Source: Francisella tularensis subsp. holarctica (GTDB lineage Bacteria > Pseudomonadota > Gammaproteobacteria > Francisellales > CACEW01). From it: a stretch of 64,000 nt of DNA. Of this stretch, positions 59,242-64,000 are shown piece by piece; position 1 is the stretch's first letter; every line of letters starts with the position of its first letter. A program made the translations under genes and the position numbers. The stretch lies in assembly GCA_945860585.1 (NCBI GenBank), contig CAMARA010000001.1:37910-101909 (forward strand). The letters run 5' to 3'. The notes beneath the pieces are model-generated. The model made no database searches and was not told the DNA's origin. It worked only from the letters and a program-made list of their open reading frames with translations.

Positions 59242-59515
59242 ATGTCTTTTTCCCCTTTCGCCAATATCCGGCACCAATGATGCGGATTCTCGAATTGCGG
59301 ATTGTAAAGCGAACGGTTAAGATTTCCAAAGATACCCTGCCAAAACAGTAATATCGTTTTTTGTCGTCACTATGCTTTATATCCTCCGCAATGATCCTGT
59401 TCTCATCTAAAAATGCAGTCGTTGCTTTTTCAAATGAAATGCCATGTTGTTGAATATTAAGTCGTTCTTTTTCGAGGTTCCATTCAAAGCAAGTATCTTG
59501 TTTTTCTGTGATCAT
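59210..59515 (-). CDS. brnT: BrnT-type toxin (DUF497 ribonuclease)
   Basis: 'FEWNLEKERLNIQQHGISFEKATTAFLDE' and 'IRIIGAGYWRKGKKTYEQ' BrnT signatures. ATG 59515 chosen. Confidence 0.8.
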   Translation of the reverse strand: MITEKQDTCFEWNLEKERLNIQQHGISFEKATTAFLDENRIIAEDIKHSDDKKRYYCFGRVSLEILTVRFTIRNSRIRIIGAGYWRKGKKTYEQENQSYIH

Positions 59516-59673
59516 AACAAACGCCCATATAAAAAGCAATATTAATCGCAATATTTTGTCTGGTTATTGTGCGGCATATTTGATCGCTAGTCAAGCTGTT
59601 TTTTTTAAATTCACATTGACAATATGGTCGTGGCAATTTTCCATAATTTCTGTACAGTATAAAAAAATAAAAC

Positions 59674-59703
59674 TTGACGATTTAATCCCGAAGAGTTTAT
59701 AAT
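59674..59703 (+). promoter_or_regulatory. sigma70-like promoter for the 417-aa membrane protein gene
   Basis: TTGACG-N18-TATAAT, 30 nt upstream of the TTG start at 59734. Confidence 0.5.
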
Positions 59704-59733
59704 TTTGCTGCGTTAACATTCCGGAGTCTAATA

Positions 59734-60987
59734 TTGGCTGGATCCTCCCCAAGTGCCTTGCAAATTCTCTTTGGTGTCAGTGCTATTTTGGGGCGCTTTT
59801 TTAGTGGCCTGGGCTCATTTCCATCGGTGTATGAATCAGTGCATGAGCCTTTCGTGTTGGCAAAAGACAGTGCTCAGGCTGGGCGTGATTTTAGCGGGGT
59901 GATAGCAGGTGCGTATAGTGGTGCTGATGGGTTGATAAAAGGTTTGTCTGAGGCAAATCGGATTTTTTCCCCAGGCAAGAAAGAAGTGGGAGGCGCAGTA
60001 GGTTGCTGTTTGTGGTTGCTGAACTGGGGGCTAGCTTGTGCGAATGGTGTTACAACTGGAGCGAGCGCGTTTAATGGCGTCAGAACTTTTTTTTCTTTTG
60101 TTCATCATTCAATTGCGACCGATATTTTGGGTGCTTACTTTGCATTGATTGTATTTTGTTCCTCAGCAAATTTTAATGCGCGTGAGGGGATTTCATTATC
60201 TGGCTTGCCTCCCTTTGCAACGTATGAGTTTCTGTCGAAGCATATTGCGATGGCCAGTATACCTGTGGTCACCAATACTGCATTTTCAGCATATCAAGTT
60301 TCTAAGTTATTAGCCTCATTGGGATTAGATGATCTTAATCCTGTGAATTGGGGGTTGGCGGTAGCCATGGCAGCTTTGTCGACGATGAGTCTGATGTTAA
60401 CGCAAGTGGCGACGCAGAAAGAAAAGTTTTTGAAGGCGGAGAAACAAAAGTATCCGCTTTTATCTTCTTATGAGGAGCGAGCAATTGTAGTGAATGATAG
60501 CATTGTTGAGAGGCGACCGATTGGATCATCACGCGCAGTGATCAATTGGATTGGGGCTAAATTTATTTTGTGTTCTCCTTTTGTCAATCCTTTCAATACA
60601 CCGCAGGGTCTAAAAAGTATTATGATTGCGATATGTGGAATTATGTGTGCAGTTAAACAAGCAGAGAGTAATAAGGAATGTGTCTGGGTGAACGATTTGC
60701 TCGTCAGTCTTTTGTTGCTGTTTGTGGGGGTTGCAATTGCGATTCCATCGAGTGTTCAGTTGTATTGGTATCGCGCTCCAAAAGCACAGGCATTATTTTT
60801 TGCTATGACTGCAAAAGTGAGTCAATTGAGGTCGAAGTGCGGCCAATCAGCAGATGGTCCGGACGACGCTGGGCAAACAGGCCTACTTCAACCACTCCTG
60901 GCAAAGACTGAACGAGGCTCTCAAAAGGGTTCGGGTTATGGATCTGGGGGTTCAGGAGGTCCAAAATCAGATTTCCCGACTCTGTGA
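59734..60987 (+). CDS. orphan polytopic membrane protein with Gly/Ser-rich C-terminal tail
   Basis: TTG start with ggag RBS and several hydrophobic helices. No family recognised. The last 185 nt are antisense to the rpiA 3' end. Confidence 0.5.
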   Translation: MAGSSPSALQILFGVSAILGRFFSGLGSFPSVYESVHEPFVLAKDSAQAGRDFSGVIAGAYSGADGLIKGLSEANRIFSPGKKEVGGAVGCCLWLLNWGLACANGVTTGASAFNGVRTFFSFVHHSIATDILGAYFALIVFCSSANFNAREGISLSGLPPFATYEFLSKHIAMASIPVVTNTAFSAYQVSKLLASLGLDDLNPVNWGLAVAMAALSTMSLMLTQVATQKEKFLKAEKQKYPLLSSYEERAIVVNDSIVERRPIGSSRAVINWIGAKFILCSPFVNPFNTPQGLKSIMIAICGIMCAVKQAESNKECVWVNDLLVSLLLLFVGVAIAIPSSVQLYWYRAPKAQALFFAMTAKVSQLRSKCGQSADGPDDAGQTGLLQPLLAKTERGSQKGSGYGSGGSGGPKSDFPTL

Positions 60988-61480
60988 TTACATTTGGTCG
61001 AAGCAGGGGCTGGCCTTGAGTCAGCTTTACCAGCTCCCGGGCAACAAAGCTCCTCGCCATGGGGAGCACCTCAACCGGCAGGGGAAACCGTCCCAGATGG
61101 TCCACGCACTTAAGTTCATCGACAATACAGACAAAATTCTTCGCTGCGGTGGCGAGAACTTTTTCGAAGGTGAGGGCTGCGCCGCCCCCTTTGATCAGGT
61201 TTTTGTCGGGATCCACTTCATCGGCACCATCGACATAGACATCAATGTTGGAGACCGTGTTTAAATCAACGACGTGCAGGCCGATGGCTTTTAAGCGGCG
61301 CGTGGTTTCGCTGGAGCTGGAGATACAGACTTCGATTTTGCCTTTGAGGCGCGGTAATTCATCAATAAAATAGTTGGTCGTTGAGCCCGTGCCAACGCCT
61401 AAAACACAGCCGACTTGAATAAACTCCAGTGCCATGCGGGCTGCTTTTTGCTTGTTGAGATCTTGTTGCTGCTTGTTCAT
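60803..61480 (-). CDS. rpiA: ribose-5-phosphate isomerase A
   Basis: 'LGVGTGSTTNYFIDEL', 'VDGADEVD' and 'KGGGAALTFEKV' motifs. Confidence 0.92.
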   Translation of the reverse strand: MNKQQQDLNKQKAARMALEFIQVGCVLGVGTGSTTNYFIDELPRLKGKIEVCISSSSETTRRLKAIGLHVVDLNTVSNIDVYVDGADEVDPDKNLIKGGGAALTFEKVLATAAKNFVCIVDELKCVDHLGRFPLPVEVLPMARSFVARELVKLTQGQPLLRPNVITESGNLILDLLNPQIHNPNPFESLVQSLPGVVEVGLFAQRRPDHLLIGRTSTSIDSLLQS

Positions 61481-62338
61481 TTATTTTCCTAAATTCAGTT
61501 GATAGGCTTCGATTGTATTTTGGAGTAAGCCGACAATGGTCATCGGGCCAACGCCGCCTGGTACGGGAGTGATCCAGCTGGCTTTGGCAGCGATTTCGTC
61601 AAAACAGACATCTCCTACTACTTTTCCAGATTCCAGACGATGAATGCCAACGTCGACTACAATTGCATCTTGCCGCACATGCGCTGCAGTGATGAGGCCG
61701 TGCACACCTGCGGCCGCGATCAGTAAATCCGCCTGTTGCGTCAAGCCAATCAGATTACGCGTTTGGCTATGACAGACCGTTACAGTGACCTGGCGATTGA
61801 GCAGTTCCAGTGCCGTGGGGCGACCGACAATATTGGATGCTCCGACGATTACGGCATGCAGGCCTTTGATCTCGCCGATATAGTGCTCTAGCAATTGCAT
61901 AATACCGCGTGGGGTAGCGGGAGAAAGTCGGGGCGCGCGTACGGCCAGGAGGCCAATATTTTCAGGGTGAAACCCGTCCACATCTTTGAGTGGATCCAGC
62001 GCCAGCAAGATTTTTTCGTTGTTGATATGCGCGGGCAGCGGCAATTGTACGAGGATGCCATCGACAGATGGATCATGATTGAGGGTCTGAATTGTCGCCA
62101 AAAGTTCAGCTTCTTGAATCGTCTCAGGAAAACGCAGGCAGTGCCCGACAATACCAACTTCACCACAGGCTTTGATTTTATGACTGACATAAATTTCAGA
62201 GGCCGCATGCGCTCCCACCAAAATCACCGCCAAAGCCGGAGCACGTTGATGTGCTTGGATTTGATCCGCCAGCTGTTGTTTTAAGCGCTGGCGAATTACC
62301 GTGGCAAGGTGTTTTCCATCTAATATTTGGCCTGGCAT
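61481..62338 (-). CDS. folD: bifunctional methylenetetrahydrofolate dehydrogenase/cyclohydrolase
   Basis: 'PALAVILVGAHAASEIYV', 'DGILVQLPLP' and 'VPGGVGPMT' motifs. Confidence 0.92.
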   Translation of the reverse strand: MPGQILDGKHLATVIRQRLKQQLADQIQAHQRAPALAVILVGAHAASEIYVSHKIKACGEVGIVGHCLRFPETIQEAELLATIQTLNHDPSVDGILVQLPLPAHINNEKILLALDPLKDVDGFHPENIGLLAVRAPRLSPATPRGIMQLLEHYIGEIKGLHAVIVGASNIVGRPTALELLNRQVTVTVCHSQTRNLIGLTQQADLLIAAAGVHGLITAAHVRQDAIVVDVGIHRLESGKVVGDVCFDEIAAKASWITPVPGGVGPMTIVGLLQNTIEAYQLNLGK

Positions 62339-62426
62339 GGGTCTGTAGTTCTTGAATGTGCTGATATTGTGACACAGTACGCCCTATACTAGCAAGATTT
62401 TCCCATAATTGGGCCGTGCCCGTGTA

Positions 62427-62455
62427 TTTACAATGCGCTGGTTTTTCGCTAAAAT
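62427..62455 (+). promoter_or_regulatory. sigma70-like promoter for tRNA-Lys
   Basis: TTTACA-N17-TAAAAT ending 12 nt before the mature tRNA 5' end. Confidence 0.55.
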
Positions 62456-62467
62456 AGCACGCTTCTG

Positions 62468-62543
62468 GGGCCGTTAGCTCAGTTGGTAGAGCTGTTGACT
62501 CTTAATCAATAGGTCGCAGGTTCGAATCCTGCACGGCCCACCA
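62468..62543 (+). tRNA. tRNA-Lys (anticodon CUU)
   Basis: GGGCCGTTAGCTCAGTTGGTAGAGCTGTTGACTCTTAATCAATAGGTCGCAGGTTCGAATCCTGCACGGCCCACCA. 76 nt, anticodon loop CTCTTAA, CCA encoded. Confidence 0.93.
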
Positions 62544-62691
62544 GTTTAATCAGTATCTTATCGGGTGTTATTTTTTAAGAAAGGGTTAAAAAAGCCGTAG
62601 CGGGAGGTTTGCGGGAGACTTCGGTTTAACCAATCATATTGACTTGCAGTCATTCATATAGTATAATTATTAAACTAATGGAGCGACTGTC

Positions 62692-63759
62692 ATGGCCACA
62701 ATAGAAAAACGAGTCTTCAAAACGAAAACCACTTATCGGGTCAAAATAGAGCTGAAAGGCTTTCCCGCAGAGACTGCATCCTTTGATCGTATCACCGATG
62801 CAAAGCGTTGGGCGCAAGAGACTGAAACCAAGATTCGTGAAAATCGTTATTTTAAAACTTCAGCCAGCCGAACGCATACGCTCGCTGATGCAGTAGAGCG
62901 TTATCTAAAGCTTTTGCCTGAAGGTACAAAGCCAACGTATGATAAAACTGTACAACTCAGTTACTGGAAAGGTGAGCTTGGGGAATATGCCTTTGCGCAT
63001 ATCACGCCAGGGTTGATTGTCAGTGCACGAGAAAAACTGGCCAGTATTCCCACGCCGCGCGGCAAAAGAACGCCCGCTACAGTAAACCGTTATACTGCTG
63101 CCTTGAGTCATCTTTACACGGTCGCTTACAAGGAGTGGGGCTGGGCGGATGAAAATCCTTTTCATAAACTCTCGAAGCTGAAAGAGCCGCGCGGGCGTGT
63201 TCGATTCCTGTCTGACGACGAAAGAGTGAGATTGCTTGATGCCTGCCAGAAAAGCATTAATCCCTTTTTGTATGACATCGTGGTGCTTTGTTTATTAACG
63301 GGTGCGCGCAAGATGGAGATTAATGGTTTGCATTGGAGAAATGTAGATTTTAATCGGAAGCGTATCACTTTGACTGAGACGAAGAATGGCGAAATCCGGA
63401 CGATTCCCTTGTCAAAAGAGGCAGCTGAAATTTTGCAGAAGCACTTTAAAAAAGGTGAGCATCAGCCGAGTGATTTGGTTTTTCCAGGGGCTATAAAAGG
63501 CAAGCCAGTTGATATCAGAACGGCTTGGGAAAATGCGATGATGGCGGCGGGGATAGCGTCTGATTTTCGATTTCATGATTTGCGGCATAGTGCGGCGTCT
63601 TATTTGGCGATGAATGGGGCGAGCTTGACAGAGTTGTCTGAGATTCTGGGACATAAGACTTTGAGTATGGTGAAGCGCTATGCGCATTTTACGGATAGTC
63701 ATACGGCGCAGGTGGTTCAGTCTATGAATAGGAAGATTTTGGGAGGGGCTTCAAAATGA
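62692..63759 (+). CDS. tyrosine-type site-specific integrase
   Basis: 'LLTGARKMEI', 'HDLRHSAASYLAMNG' and 'LGHKTLSMVKRYAH' catalytic boxes. 148 nt downstream of tRNA-Lys. Confidence 0.88.
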   Translation: MATIEKRVFKTKTTYRVKIELKGFPAETASFDRITDAKRWAQETETKIRENRYFKTSASRTHTLADAVERYLKLLPEGTKPTYDKTVQLSYWKGELGEYAFAHITPGLIVSAREKLASIPTPRGKRTPATVNRYTAALSHLYTVAYKEWGWADENPFHKLSKLKEPRGRVRFLSDDERVRLLDACQKSINPFLYDIVVLCLLTGARKMEINGLHWRNVDFNRKRITLTETKNGEIRTIPLSKEAAEILQKHFKKGEHQPSDLVFPGAIKGKPVDIRTAWENAMMAAGIASDFRFHDLRHSAASYLAMNGASLTELSEILGHKTLSMVKRYAHFTDSHTAQVVQSMNRKILGGASK

Positions 63760-63774
63760 CACCTGCCCTTATTT

Positions 63775-64000
63775 TTAAGGTTGGAGAATTTTTTTCAGTA
63801 TGTGATTGAACTCTTCGGGGTGTGTCCAAAAAGGAGCATGTTCGGCGTTTTTGATTTCATGAATTCGAATATTTCGATTCAGCGTTTTGATTTTCTCCCA
63901 GGCTGGTTTTGGGACATTGGCATCCTGATCGCCAATAATGAAATCAATTGGGCAGGTGATGGTTTTCAATGCGCTGCGTAAGTCTGTTGAGTCGCAGAGT
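63775..64000 (-). CDS. alpha/beta hydrolase, C-terminal fragment (5' end outside window)
   Basis: Frame stays open to base 64000. The C-terminal 'PIDFIIGDQDANVP...IKNAEHAPFWTHPEEF' carries the catalytic His region. Confidence 0.6.
   Translation of the reverse strand, partial: LCDSTDLRSALKTITCPIDFIIGDQDANVPKPAWEKIKTLNRNIRIHEIKNAEHAPFWTHPEEFNHILKKILQP

Overview
This window is a chromosomal segment of a gammaproteobacterium. Gene content and a palindromic mini-repeat weakly suggest a Legionellales-like lineage, but this is inference with no database check. It has four parts. (1) 1-11.8 kb is a flexible region of regulators and small-molecule-modifying enzymes: SDRs, a LuxR-type regulator, HIT, an Lrp/LysE pair, two GNATs, two APH-like kinases, a class-C beta-lactamase-like hydrolase, a cupin, AlaX and Ada/Tag. 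It also encodes an orphan protein built of 40-aa tandem repeats. (2) About 11.8-28.45 kb is a compact integrative element at tRNA-Ser(GCU). It carries a complete Trb/P-type type IV secretion gene set (trbB-C-D-E-J-L-F-G-I), a VirD4/TraG coupling protein, an orphan gene, an RRM-type RNA-binding protein, an AlpA-like excisionase/regulator, a low-GC cargo gene with AbiH/SIR2-clan motifs, and a P4-type integrase. I could find no relaxase. (3) 28.5-62.3 kb is core genome. It includes glk, lemA plus an M48 protease, suhB, nrdB, birA, bioA and the divergent bioBFCD operon, an Rpn nuclease, mnmG, tsaB, rsgA, rimK with its retropepsin partner, a wza-wzc pair and thyA. It continues with yidC-yidD-rnpA-rpmH, sohB, pssA, holD-like/rimI, a BrnT/BrnA toxin-antitoxin pair, rpiA and folD. 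A palindromic mini-element is inserted at the bioC/bioD junction. (4) From 62.47 kb, tRNA-Lys(CUU) is followed by a second tyrosine integrase, which marks the start of another island. The best candidates for something new are the relaxase-less Trb island and its integrase-proximal accessory module, meaning the orphan 211-aa protein, the RRM protein, AlpA and the AbiH/SIR2-like gene. All functional calls rest on motifs I read from the translations. No searches were run.
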